Shown here in pieces: positions 1-13,971 of a DNA stretch of 64,000 nt. The translations under genes and the position numbers were made by a program. The notes under the pieces were generated by a model that made no database searches, had not been told where the DNA came from, and worked only from the letters and a program-made list of their open reading frames with translations. The stretch lies in contig OX597827.1 of NCBI GenBank assembly GCA_951406725.2, positions 60,636,001 through 60,700,000 of the forward strand, written 5' to 3'. This DNA is from Octopus vulgaris (taxonomy: Eukaryota). Position 1 is the first letter of the stretch; the number at the start of each line of letters is the position of its first letter.

Positions 1-627
1 ACTAATTTAATAGTATATTTATTCCACACCAAGTGGCCTAGTGCTACGAGAAACCTGGATTATTATAATATTTTATAACATATTATAATATTTTCACAAA
101 ATAAATATAAGAGAGTGTTCACTATATAGATCACTCTAGCACCAGTTAATCCAAGAGGTTTCAACCACGGAATAAATATACTATTAAATTAGTATCTAAT
201 TCTCTCACCCTTATTAATTAATTATAATTATGCTGCATTTATTTCTAAATGCTGTATTTGTTTTCCGTGAGAGTTTGGCGCGCTGTTGGTTGGGGCATTT
301 GAATTATAACGTCCGATGTAATCAATTGAACCGCACGCGTAATTATCGTTATGGTAAAATCTGGCGTGTGATTGAGTGGATTTCATCAAGATAGCCTTGG
401 CTGAAGAGCTACAAATGGATTACTGTAAGTAATATTACATTTAATTCATTAATAGCGAAACAATTGTCCCAAGATAATCTGTATTTTTGTTATTTTTTAT
501 TTGCCCTGTCCGTGTGAGCTAACAGTCGTACCGGCTTTCATGGAAACATGTATTTTTCGTGGTTGAAACCTCTTGGATTAACTGGTGCTAGAGTGATCTA
601 TATAGTGAACACTCTCTTATATTTATT
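1..627 (+). mobile_element. Penelope-like (PLE) non-coding relic with inverted terminal copy, ending in (TA)n
   Basis: 101-169 is the reverse complement of the 3' end (~559-627); 1-25 is the reverse complement of 169-193. Contains an HHR (396-473) and abuts (TA)n at ~628. Inverted partial pLTR plus HHR is established PLE architecture. Confidence 0.7.
396..473 (+). ncRNA. Type I hammerhead ribozyme motif (intact core)
   Basis: Stem I CTTGG/CCAAG; core CTGAAGA (401-407); stem II GCTA/TAGC extended by AATGGATTA/TAATTCATT and TGTAA/TTACA; GAAA (457-460); palindromic stem III ACAATTGT; GTC triplet, predicted cut after 468. Confidence 0.85.
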
Positions 628-1680
628 ATATATATATATATATATATATACATACATATGTATACACACAGTTCACTCTGTAAAGTGGTTGGTGTTTGAA
701 AGGGCATCCAGCTGTAGAAATCATGCCAAAACAGAGAGTAGAGCTCAGTGCAGTCCTCTGGTTTTCCAGCTCTTGTCAAATCTACAATTCAGTTTTACTA
801 GATGGAAAGTCAAGTTCCTGTCAAACCATCCAACCCATGCCAGCATGGAAGACAGACATTAAATGATGATGATGATGATATATACATACATATATATGAA
901 GTGAACAGAGAGGGATAATATGTCCAGTCAGGTACTGTTCAAGCACTCTTGCATAGTCCAAGTTCTGGTTAACCACATCGAATGAGACAGAATAATCTGA
1001 GACTATTTAAGGTAAACAATCGCGATGTATTTCACCCGATGGGTAAATGCTGAGTTTACTTTGTTGGGTTATAAACAGTTTACTGAGTGTATATTCAAGA
1101 CAATTCAAATAAATAAAGACAATTATACATCTTCACAGCTTTTATTATTACAGTCATTTATACAGTATATTTGATTTAAACAGGTAGAATATGTGGCCTG
1201 TTTGAATGATAAAGGGTTATTTGATGGTATATAAGATATGCTGTTTTTTTCCCCAAAAAAATGTCTCAAAAATTCACCCTAGGTTCTTTATATCCAAAGT
1301 TGTACCTACATTATATGCTTAAGTACACTAAAAACTTTTTTTCTGGAATATGAGACACTGAAACTGTGGTGCTTTTAATATAACCATGCACCTTGTATGC
1401 GATCACATATGATATGTTTTTGGCATATGTATAATTGTTATTTATTAGTGAGTTACTCCAGCTACATTTTCATATGGTTTGATGATAATTTCTTTGATGT
1501 TGCTAGCTATAACAATTCAGTTTTAGTAGATGTAAAGTCAAGGTTACGAGTGTTTGAATCAACCATTTCCCAAGGTCTTTGAAATTGTAGATGACGCAGA
1601 ATTGTCTGGGAAATGAAACCATGTTATAGATTGTAGATTATAAACATCTTCAACAGCATCACAGGTAATTGGTAGTTTAA

Positions 1681-1866
<186 letters not shown>

Positions 1867-2368
1867 TTATCTCACTTTGTGAGCAAGATAATAGAATGTA
1901 ATCCATGCACACACACACACAAATCGTATTCAGAGAATCAAACTGAACTCATGGTAAGCAGTTCCAGCTGGAGATCTGGCTATCATGTAACACGGCTATC
2001 AGATAACACAGTTGTAACAAATTTAGGATGCAATCTAACATGACCACACACCTGAAAATTGAGGAAACACTATTATGGAATGTATAATAATAATCAAATA
2101 AAGTCTAGGATAAGTGAGAGGTGAAAAATATTTCAGTCTGAATGTTTACAGTTGTTTCATAGTTCATATTTAGGGGAGGAGGCAAGTTGATTACATTGAC
2201 CCCAGTGCATAACTGGTACTTATTTTATCAACCCCGAAAGGATGAAAGGCAAAGTCAACTTTAACAGAATTTGAACTCAGCACATGATGACAGATAAAAT
2301 ATCACTAAGCATTTTGCCTGGTATGCTAATGATTCTACCAGCTCACTGCCCTGACAATAACAAAAATA

Positions 2369-2741
2369 ACAACAAGAGCACTCAGAGAGCGCAAACCTCC
2401 GCCAAGGCAACACCAATGTCCACTCAACGATTAGCTGGAGATAATTTTTAAAATGAGAATATCTTAAATAAACTCAACAGCTCTCACAAACGACAATAGT
2501 AAAAATGAACCCAACCGCTCTCAAAAATTAAGTAAAAAACAGGAAAAATAATCCAGAATCCTTGTCTGGAATCAGATAGATCCCCGAATCTAATCAGTTT
2601 GTGCCAGTCACAAGGCCAAACATCTCTGAAAGTTTCATCTGAATCCATCCAGCAGTTCTTGAGATATCTTGTCCACAGATAAACAAACGAACAAACATGA
2701 TTGAAAACAATACCGCTGCCTTCGCTAAGGTGGAGGTAATA
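2369..2741 (-). mobile_element. Non-autonomous Helentron/DINE-1-like element (HINE)
   Basis: Minus strand starts TTATTACCTCCACC, has a GTTT microsatellite, the subterminal inverted copy GGCGGAGGT and a short 3' palindrome GCGCTCTCTGAGTGC. Confidence 0.55.
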
Positions 2742-2765
2742 ACAAAAGCAATAGAGAAGAATTTA

Positions 2766-2942
<177 letters not shown>

Positions 2943-3081
2943 CTATCATTTCAAAAGTAAAGTTAACAAATAAGTGAAAACATGTTTTACCAATAAAATA
3001 AATAAATACATAAATACTAAACTCAAGCATGGCCATGTATTTAAAAAGCTTGCTTCACACCCACATGGTTTGGAGTATATA

Positions 3082-3647
3082 TTGGGTTGTGCAATAAGTT
3101 CATGCCAATTTATAGTAGCTTACCTTTCGACTTATTTTAGAACATGGTTGAATTCATAAAATAGGATTTGACTACACCTCCATTTAGAGCACAGTTTAAG
3201 CTATCTTTTCATAGAAGAAGGTTTATGTTCCTATAACCTGTGTTAATTCTGTAACCCTTTAAAATGGAAGATAACAAAGTTCATTTTCGGCACTTGATGC
3301 TTTGGGAACCAGACAAAAATTGCTGCAGCTCGGCTGGGATGTGTTATTCCACCCTCCATATTCACCAGATATTGCTCCTTCAGATTTCCACTTCTTCAGG
3401 TCTCTGCAGAATAGTCATAATGGTAAAAATTCCAATTCCTTGGATGATGTAAAAAGATACCTTGATGAATTCTTTGCCATGAAACCACCTCAATTCTGGG
3501 AAGAGGGTATTTTCAAGTTAAAGGAAAGATGGAGATGCATTATGCCACAAAATGGTTCATATTTGGTTGATTAAAAATGTAATGGCAAGTATTTATTGAC
3601 CTTTTTCTTTCTTTTAAAAATCAGCATGAACTTTCCAGACAACCCAA
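3082..3647 (+). mobile_element. Internally deleted mariner transposon
   Basis: TIRs TTGGGTTG.../...CAACCCAA flanked by TA. N-terminal MEDNKVHFRH fused to C-terminal GWDVLFHPPYSPDIAPSDFHFFRSLQN (YSPDLAPSD motif). Confidence 0.92.
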
Positions 3648-4352
3648 TATGTAAGGCCAGCAGTTGCCCATGCATACCAGCCTTCCTTCTCCATGCCACT
3701 AATGTTATCCAAGGGAAAGGCAAAGGAGCCAATATAGCTTGGTACCAGTGATATTACAACTTATTTCTACAGCTGAGTGAATTGGAGCAACGTGAAATAA
3801 AGTGTTTTGTTCAAGAACACAACACGCAGCCCGGTCTAGGGATCGAACTCACTACCTCACGATCATAAGCTTGATGCTCTAATCATTGAGCCAGGCACCT
3901 TCACTGTATATATAAATGTGCATATATATGTATAAATGTATGCATGTAAGTATGAATACCTGTATGATTGTGTATATGTATGCCTGTATACATAAACATG
4001 CATGTATATATGTATATATATAAGAATGCCAGGAAGTATGATTGCATATGTATATATATATATAAAAAGGGGTTTGTATGATTGTGTATAGAGGGATATA
4101 TATTATTGCATATATGTCACAATTCCTGTCACAACCTGGGACCTTGAAGAAATCAAGAAAGTATACTAGTCCCTTAATATTTGATATTCAGTATTTCATC
4201 TATTCAATAAGATAATCAATACTTTATTTCATTTTACTATATATACTATATATACTATATATACTATTTATACTATATATTCTATATTCTACATTAATAT
4301 TATAAAGAATATAAATAAAATATAAAAAACAGAGAGAGTTGGAATTCCTTTG

Positions 4353-4398
<46 letters not shown>

Positions 4399-4578
4399 GC
4401 CTGTACATATACACATACATGTACGTATGCATTTAAATAAGTATGCATGTATACATGCAGATTTATACATGCAAGCATATGTGCATGTATGTATGTATGT
4501 AAGAATGCTTGTACATGTTTATATGAATGTGTAGCCCTTAGCTGTGTAAAGTCGTATGCACTTTCAACAACAACTAAC

Positions 4579-4722
4579 CTTAAACGAGACCAAGTCCATT
4601 CCTAGCACTTTAGTATAAAAACTGACTGTCTGCTCAATATCCTTGACCGTAATTACAAAATGATCCAAGCGGTCAACTTTGAAACCAGTTGACATTTTCG
4701 AAGATACCAAATATGGCCGGAT
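4579..4722 (-). CDS. GLOD5: GLOD5 coding exon 2 (IRPYLVSSKMSTGFKVDRLDHFVITVKDIEQTVSFYTKVLGMDLVSFK)
   Basis: 144 nt, polypyrimidine+AG acceptor, GTTAGT donor; RLDH.V.TV..I..T..FY.KVLGM glyoxalase motif; in-frame ATG at 4695. Confidence 0.95.
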
Positions 4723-4957
4723 CTGGCAAAACAGAAAATAAAAAAGAAAGAAAATCATAAATAGAAAATAATAATTTAAATATCAAGTTTTGAAGTCGTT
4801 GACATTTTCAAATGTAATCAAATATGTTGAGACAATAACATGTATGGCTGTTTTCCTCTGTTTAGTGGTGAGGAGCTGAACTGTTTGTTGTTATTTCTGC
4901 TGTAATTTAATTCCAGATCAGTTCTGATTAGGCAGACCTGTGATACACATGATCTCA

Positions 4958-5378
4958 TCATCATCATTATCATCATCATCATCATCGTTTAACGTCCGCT
5001 TTCCATTCTAGCATGGGTTGGATGATTTGACTGAGGACTGGTGAACCAGATGGCTGCACCAAGCTCCAGTCTGATCTGGCAGAGTTTCTACAGCTGGATG
5101 CCCTTCCTAACGCCAACCACTCCGAGAGTGTAGTGGGTGCTTTTACGTGCCACTGGCACAAGGGCCAGTCAGGTGGTACTGGCAACGACTCGCTCAAATG
5201 CTTTTCATGTGCCAGTAGGCAACGCAGGTAACGATCATGCTCAAATGGTGCTTTTTACGTGCCGCTGGCACGGAGGCCAGCTTGTTGCTCTGGCAAAAAT
5301 CATGCTCGGCTGATACTCTTAGCGCTACACTAGCATGGATGCCAGTCATCGAATTTGATCTTGATTTCGATTTCACTT
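4958..5378 (-). mobile_element. RTE LINE 3' UTR fragment with (GAT)n tail
   Basis: Same sequence as the 3' UTR following the RTE ORF at 21818-22890; further fragments at ~670-880, 18840-19010, 32390-32530, 51455-51690. Confidence 0.75.
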
Positions 5379-5402
5379 GCTGTTAAGAAGTTTGCTTCTC
5401 AA

Positions 5403-5745
<343 letters not shown>

Positions 5746-7009
5746 AACAGGCTTCTTTCAGTTTTTTAACTCAATCAATCAATCAATCAATCAGTATTAT
5801 TTTTGGTATTAGGGTAGCAAGGTGGCAGAATCATTACTGTGTTGAAGAAAATGCTTAGCAACATTTCTTCTGACTTAACATTCTGAGTTCAAATATTGTC
5901 AGGGTCAACTTTGCCTCTCATGCCTTCAGGAGCAATAAAATAAGTACCAGTTGTGCAATGGGGTCAATATAAATGACTTAATCCCTTCTACAAAATTGGT
6001 AGCTTTGTGCCAAAATATGAAATTGGTAAGGCAGTTTACTGGCAGAACCTTTATCATGTCAGGCAAAATGTTTAGCAGTATTTCATCCATCTTTATGTCC
6101 TGCATTCAAATGCTGCTGGGTCAACTTTGCCTCTCATCTTTTCAGGGTCGAGAAAAATAAGTATCAGTTGTGCACTGGTGTCAATGAAAATGTCTTACCC
6201 GCTGCCCCTAAAGTGGAGGCTTTGTGCCAAAATATGAAACCAATATTATTACTATCGGTAGCCTTTTGAGTCTGAGAAACATGGTTCTACAATTTCTTGC
6301 TGAACAAACTTCACAAATGATTTGTTTATAGTGATCAAATGCATGTGCCGGACATAAGATCAGTCCATCCGTCAAATCAACATTGCCCGGGCAGGTTCGC
6401 AGTGTGTCACACATCGAGTGTTGAAGTGATTACAGAGCAATGTGAAATGCGCCACCCACTCTGAGAATCAAACCGACACTCTTGTGGTTGTGAGTACAAT
6501 ACCTTAACCACTTGGCAACATATCCTCACTTATAAATAAATAAATAAGTAGATAAATAAAATTAGAAATAGGTCGTAATGTCTAGAAATCAAACCAGTTT
6601 GGAATGTAACATGGTGAATAAATTGAAAAATGTTTCGTATCTAAAGACGAGGTTAAGAGTTCAACATAATATAATTGTATTAGCAACTCATCTCAGATAC
6701 TGAGATGTCTAAACACACACATACACACACACACTAATTCATTATCATCATTTAGCATCTACTTTTCCATGCTTGCATGGATCAGATTGGAATTTGTTGA
6801 GGCAGATGCTCTATGGCTGAATGCCCTGCCGGTTACCAGCCCTCACCTGTTTCCAAGGAAGGCAATATTTTCCCCATAGCCAGACTTATTCTCACAGACT
6901 ATTGGAAAAGTTTTGATTTCACAATTACGTATACTTTCCTTTTTATAAATAAAAATCAGCAACAAAAGTAATACTAATACAGAATGGCAATATATTCTTT
7001 TCTACTCTA

Positions 7010-7340
7010 GGCACATGGCTAAGTGGTTAGAGCGTTGAGCTTAGGATCGTGAGATTGTGAGTTCGAATACCGGACCGGGTTGCGTGTTGTGTTCTTGAGC
7101 AAGACACTTTATTTCACATTGCTCCAGTTCACTCAGCTGTAGAAATGAGTTGCGATGTCACAGGTGCCAAGCTGAATGGCCCCTTTGCCTTTCCCTTGGA
7201 TAACATCAGTGGCATGGAGAGGGGAGGCCAGTATGCATGGGCAACTGCTGGTCTTCCATAAACAACCTTGCCTGGACTTGTGCCTGGGAGGGTAACTTTC
7301 TAGGTGCAATCCCATGGTCAGTCATGACCGAAGGGGATCT
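7010..7340 (+). mobile_element. tRNA-derived SINE, family C (CORE/V-like central domain)
   Basis: A box TGGCTAAGTGG, B box GAGTTCGAATACC, then TCTTGAGCAAGACACTTTATTTCAC. Related copies at ~3650-3900(-), 10128-10410, 35380-35500, 37266-37520. Confidence 0.75.
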
Positions 7341-8069
7341 CAGCAGACTCTTGGCAGAAGGCCCAAAATTATTTTGTGGAGGGAGCTAATCAATTAGATC
7401 AACCCCAGTACACAACTGGAATTATTTTATCAACCCTGAAAGGATGAAAGGCAAAGTTGACCTCAGTGGAATTTGAACTCAGAACATAGAGACAGAGGAA
7501 TACCGCTAAGCATTTCACCCAGCATGCTAACGATTCTGCCAGCTCGTTGCCTTAGAATGGTAATATATTGTACTCAACATGGAAGTATTATTAGAATGCA
7601 AAATAAGACAGTAAGCTGGTAGGATTGTTAACATGCCAGGAAAAATGCTTAGTGGCATTTCATCTGTTTTTATGTTGTGAGTTCAAATTCTCCCAAGGTT
7701 GATTTTGCTCTTCACCTTTTTGGGGTTGATAAAATAAGAAGCATTTGAATGCAGGGGTCAATGTAATTGACTTAACCAACTCCCCTGAAATTACTGGTCT
7801 TGTGCCTAAATTTGAAATCATTATTAGAATGCCAAATAAAGTGGTGAGCTGTTACCATGCTGGACAAAGTGCTTAACAGCATTTCATGTCTCCACATTGT
7901 GAGTTCAAATCCTACCAAGGCCGACTTTGCTTTTCATCCTTTCAGGGTTGATAAAATAAGTATCAGTTGAGTACTGGGGTTGATGTAATTGATCAACCCA
8001 CCCCCTGAATTTGCTGGCCTTGAGCCAAGATTTGAAACCATTATTAGAATGCCAAATTCTGGTATTTAC

Positions 8070-8117
8070 CTTGTAATGTCCTCTTAAACAGGTGTATGGT
8101 GCTAAGAGCACAGACAT
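8070..8117 (-). CDS. GLOD5: GLOD5 probable first coding exon (MSVLLAPYTCLRGHYK)
   Basis: ATG at 8117, AAG|GTAAAT donor in phase 0 joining exon 2 in frame. Gives 159 aa, close to vertebrate GLOD5 length. Candidate acceptors at 8228-8229 or 8238-8239. Confidence 0.65.
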
Positions 8118-11100
8118 AGATTGTTAGTAGATAAGAACCATTTGGCAGGGACACCAGCACAGCCAGATCACATTATTTCAGCATACTGCACTTCCTCAGT
8201 GACAGGTGTCCACTTGTCACATACCAGCTAAATCTCACTGTCAATGATATATAGAATAATAGCGACTTTTCAGTATTTGATGTCATGTGTAATTTTTTTA
8301 ACTCCACCTGCAGTTCCTATCAGAACAGAATGTGATGATTGGTTGCAGCTGTTTGGATGCTGGTGATTTGGCAAGACCAACTGGACATTGGTGATGTTGG
8401 TGCAAGTTTTTTTTGGTGACAGTACATTTTGGTACCAGAGACAAACACAAACTCATGCATACACATACAGAAATATACGCAGGCACAGGCATGGCTGTGT
8501 GATAAGAAGGTGGCAAGCTGGCAGAAACGTTAGCATGCCGGGCAAAATGCTTAGCGGTTTTTCATCTGCTGTTACATTCTGAGTTCAAATTCCACTGAGG
8601 TCAACTTTGCCTTTCATCCTTTCAGGGTCGATAAATTAAGTACCAGTTACACACTGGGGTTGATGTAATCAACTTAATCCCTTTGTCTGTCCTTCTTTGT
8701 CTCCTTTATGTTTAGCCCCTTGAGGGCAATAAAGAAATAAGTAGCTTGCTTCCCAACCACATGGTTCAAGGTTCAGTCCCACTGCATGGCACTTATGCTG
8801 TGCCAAAACATCTCAGACCCTCCATAGAATGCTTGAGCATGTCCCTTAGAGATAGGAAGTGAGGTGACCTGTAGTAGTGAAGTGGAAGCATAGTAATGGT
8901 AGGGTCCACTGAAGTAGGCAAGCAGGATGGATCCTGCCCCCTGAAGTAGGTGAGTAGGATGGATCCTGCTGCTTAAATGTGGGCTGAGAGATGAAATGGA
9001 ATGGAACAAGACTAAATATTGTTTTCTTTATTGCCCACAAGGGGCCAAACATAGAGGGAACAAACAAGGACAGACAAAGAGATTAAGTTGATTACATCAA
9101 TCCCAGTGCATAACTGGTACTTAATTTATCAACCCCAAAAGGATGAAAGGCAAAGTTGACCTTGGCGGAATTTGAACACAGAACATAGCAGCAGACGAAA
9201 TACTGCTAAGCATTTCGCCCAGTGTGCTAACGTTTCTGCCAGCTCGCCGCCCTTTGTAGAACAAGACTAAACCACTGAGCATAAGATGAGGTTTTATGTG
9301 GGATCAACCGAGTGGTGGAAGTGGAGCAGAATGAAAACAGCAATGGCGTCAGACAATATGTGATCTGTCACTACTGCAGATATTGTGACAAGCTAAAAGA
9401 GCTTGCATGTGTAATATGATCTGCTGGAAATAGCAACCAATTCTCCCTCAGATCACACCTTTATTTTCTGAAAATATACTATATGCTCCTAAGAAGACAA
9501 CTTGAATGGATTAAAGAACAGCTGCATAACAGCAGCAGCAACAATAACAACAACAATAACCCATACATAACAAGTTGACAATATGTGGTCACACAGCTTG
9601 CATGAAATAACAGCTAGTTCTTCTCAAGCTTGTTTCAAAACCATGTGATTCCAGGTTCTTAATTGCTTTATTGAAAGAATGATAATGAGATTTCAAGTTC
9701 TCATCAGCCGTCATATGTTTGTGAGTGTATTTTATTTTTAGTCTTAATTTCGATAACATATAAACTTTAAACACAACAGGACAAAGTTTGCAGGTGTAAC
9801 AGGTGTGTGTGTGTGTGTGTGTGTGTGACATATATATATATATAGGCATGGGTATGGCTGTGTGGGTAAGAAGCTTGTTTCTGAACCATGTGGTTCTGGG
9901 TTCAGTACCACTCTGCAGCACCTTAAGGAAAAGGACACAGTCAATAAATGCAGTCCTGGGTGTTATGCTGTGTCTGAAAATAAGATGGGGTCAAGAATAC
10001 CTATGCTCATAAGTCTAATCAAGCAGAACAACACAAAAACAAAACTCATACTATGGAGTCGGACAAGAGTTGGAGGGACAAGAGATTGTGGAGTGAAGTG
10101 GAGGGGAGTAAATTCTTTTTCCTTATAGTGAGTTCAATTCCTGAACTGGGTTGTGTATTGTGTTCTTGAGCAAGACACTTTATTTCACATTGCTCCAGTT
10201 CACTCAGCTGTAGAAATGAGTTGTGACGTCACTGGTGCCAAGCTGTATTGGCCTTTGTCTTTACCTTAGATAAGCATCAGTGGCATGAAGAGGGGAAGCT
10301 GGTATGCATGGGTGATTGCTGGTCTTCCATAAACAACTTTACCTGCACTTGTGCCTCGGAGAGTAACTTTCTAGGTGCAATCCCATGGTCATTCATGACC
10401 AAAGGGGGTCTTTACCTTACCTGTGTAGTGATTTATTCAAGAAAAGAAGAGATTGGTGGGAAGATGGGAGGATGGAAGGAAGTTTTCTTTGGACCAGAGA
10501 CCCCGCCTATATGCTTATAACAGAGTGAAGTCTGCTAAAGGTACACAAGAGCTAAAAGCAAGACGGTGAGCTGGCAGAAACGTTAGCATGCTGGGCGAAA
10601 TGCTTAGTGGTATTTCGTCTGTCTTTACGTCCTGAGTTCAAATTCCACTGAGGTCAACTTTGCCTTTCATCCTTTCGGGGTCAATAAATTAAGTACCAGT
10701 TACGCACTGGGGGTCAATGTAATTGACTTAATTCCATTTGTCTGTCCTTGTTTGTCCCCTCTATGTTTAGCCCTCATGGGCAATAAAGAAATAAGAAACG
10801 TTAGCATATCAGGCAAAATACTTAGCGGTATTTCGTCTGTCTTTACGTCCTGAGTTCATATTCCGCCAAGGTCAACTTTGCCTTTCATCCTTTCGGGGTC
10901 GATAAATTAAGTACCAGTTACGCACTGGGGGGGCAATGTAATTGACTTAATTCCATTTGTCAGTCCTTGTTTGTCCCCTCTATGTTTAGCCCCTTGTGGG
11001 CAATAAAGAAATAAAAGCTGAACAAAGATTTTAAATTAGGTTACAAATTAAGATGATGAGCTGCAAGAATTGTTAGCACACTGGCCAAAATGCTCAGCAG

Positions 11101-12805
11101 CATTTTGTCTGTCTTTATGTTCTGAGTTCAAATTCTGCTGAGATTGACTTTGCCTTTCATCCTTTTGGGGGTCAATAAAATAAGTACCAGTTGAGCATTG
11201 GGGTTGATGTAATCAATTACCCCCTCTTCTGAAATTACTCACCTTGTGCCAAAATTTAAAACCAAATTAGATTGCAAATTAAGTCTACCAACCAAGAACA
11301 GTGATGGTTGTCACAACAGGCTTTCATATAGTTTCCATCCAGCAAATTTCATTCACAAGGTCAAACTACGGTAGAAGACTCTTTTCTCCCCAAGGTACTG
11401 TACAGTGGAATTGAACCCGAAAGCAGATACCTACAAAGCAAACTTCTTAACCACACAGCCACAAGTTGTAGGACAGCTTTAATATCGGGGTGAGGGGTGT
11501 TATATTAACCCCAGTGTTCAACTGGTATTTATTTTATCAACCCTGAAAGGGTGAAAGGCAAAGTCAACTGTGGCAGAATTTGAACTGAGAATGTACAAAC
11601 AGATGAGATACCATTAAGCATTTTGCCCAACATGTTAATAATTCTGCAAGCTCACCACCTTAAATAATAATAATAATATTGGTTTCAAATTTTGGTGCAA
11701 GGCCAGCAATTTTAGGAGAGGTGATGAGTTGATTACATCAACACCAGTGCTCAACTGGTACATATTTTATCAATCCCCAAAGGATTAAAAGTAAAGTTGA
11801 CCTAGGCAGAATTTGAACTCAGAATGTGAGGACAGATGTAATGTTACTAAGCATTTTACCTGGCATACTGACGATTCAATCAGCTTGCCACCTTTAGCAC
11901 ACCTGTAATATTGAGTTATGTGACACCTGTAATAACTGTCATGGCTTATGAAAATGAATAAGGTGAGCTGGTAAGTGATGAGGTGGTGTATAAATGTCAA
12001 CCTGTGCCCACGTGTTTCAATGTAACATTTATTCTTAATTGATTCAATGAAAGAATGATAACGAGATTTCAAGTTCTCATCCGCTGTCATCAGTTTGTGA
12101 CTGTATTTTATTATTAGTCTTAATTTTGATAACGTGTAAACTTTAATCACAGCATGACAAGGTGTAACAGATGTGTGGGCGTGAGAGAGAAAGAGAATGT
12201 ATGTGTCACATAAACATAAACGCACATATAGGCACGGGTATGGGTGTGTGGTTAAGAAGCTTGCTCCCAAACTATGTCTTTCCAGGTTCAAGTCCCACTA
12301 TGCAGCACATTAGGCAACTGTCTTCCACTATAGCCCCCAACTGACCAAAGCCTTGCAAGTGGATTTGGTAGAAGGAAACTGAATGAAGCCTGTCATATAT
12401 ATATATATTGACAATTGACAAGTCGCTTACCCCCCCCCCTCCCTGGGTTGTTGGACCACTGCAACCATGTAGCGTATCTCGGACAAGAAAGCCTGGTGGA
12501 GCCCATCCTTCTCTAGGCTAAACTCATTTTTACAGCTGAGTGGATTGGAGCAATGTGAAATGAAGTGTTTTGCTCAAGAACACAATTGATTGCCCAAACT
12601 GGGATCAATGTAATTGATTTACTCCCTCCCTTGAGCTTGTGGGCCTTGTACCTAGATTTGAAACCATTATTAGATGAAATAAAACAGATTCATTAGAAGT
12701 GATAGCACAAATGGAAAATAGGATCTGTTTCACTGATTACATTTGTGAAATGACTAAGTTACCTTTATACATACATACATACATATATATGTATGTGGGT
12801 GTGTG

Positions 12806-12844
<39 letters not shown>

Positions 12845-12874
12845 AGTGCATATATATATATACATATTTATATA

Positions 12875-12935
<61 letters not shown>

Positions 12936-12961
12936 GAGAAAATAGAGATTAATCAATAAAT

Positions 12962-13357
12962 AGGCGCAGGAGTGGCTGTGTGGTAAGTAGCTTGCTAACC
13001 AACCACATGGTTCCGGGTTCAGTCCCACTGCGTGGCACCTTGGGCAAGTGTCTTCTACTATAGCCTCGAGCAGACCAAAGCCTTGTGAGTGGATTTGTTA
13101 GACGGAAACTGAAAGAAGCCTGTCGTCTATATGTATATATATATATATATGTATGTGTGTCTGTGTTTGTCCCCCTAGCATTGCTTGACAACTGATGCTG
13201 GTGTGTTTACGTCCCCGTCACTTAGCAGTTCGGCAAAAGAGACCGATAGAATAAGTACTAGGCTTACAAAGAATAAGTCCCAGGATCGATTTGCTCGACT
13301 AAAGGCGGTGCTCCAGCATGGCCGCAGTCAAATGACTGAAACAAGTAAAAGAGTAAA
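12962..13357 (+). mobile_element. tRNA-derived SINE, family B (internal TA/TG microsatellite, AAGAGTAAA tail)
   Basis: Head GGAGTGGCTGTGTGGTAAG...GGGTTCAGTCCC. Many copies, e.g. 14560-14980, 15480-15870(-), 19357-19770(-), 23500-23895, 40200-40590(-), 46420-46785(-), 48893-49280(-), 60602-60990. Confidence 0.85.
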
Positions 13358-13911
13358 TAATTATATTTATTAACTGCAAACTGCATAATCCCTTACAGCT
13401 GTTTCAATTTTGACTTTAGAGATTTTAATTGTAATAATTAAATGATTATAAAGCAGAATCTCATTGGAGAGTCAGGGAGAACTTTTATATATATATATAC
13501 ATATATATGCATGTGTGTGTGTATGATTCTTTCTTTTATTTTATTTTGTAATTAGACTGTGGCAATGCTGGGGCACTGCCTTGAAGAATTTTATTCAAAA
13601 GTATCAACCCTCAGTAGTTTTTATTTTAAAGCTTGGTACTTATTCTATCAGTCTCTTTTGTTGAACTTCTAAGTTACAGGGACATGAATACCGCATATAT
13701 ATATATGTGTGTGTGTGTGTGTGCATGACATGCTTCTTTCAGTTTCCATCTATCAGATCCAGTCTGAGGCTATAGTAGAAGACAATTTCCCTAGGTGCCA
13801 TGCAATGGGACTGAACCCAGAACCATGTGGTAAAGAAGCAAGCTTACCACACAGCCATGCTTATACACACTCACATATCTATCTTTCTATTGATTGTTTT
13901 CACTCACTCAC

Positions 13912-13971
<60 letters not shown>

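Noticed and set aside
7010-7085. tRNA genes at SINE heads
   Set aside because: A and B boxes are present but there is no complete cloverleaf; they continue into SINE bodies.
9655-9810. CTGATGAGAACTTGAAA on minus strand (second copy ~12030-12180) as an HHR
   Set aside because: No room for stems II and III, and the second copy lacks the core; treated as an ordinary dispersed repeat.
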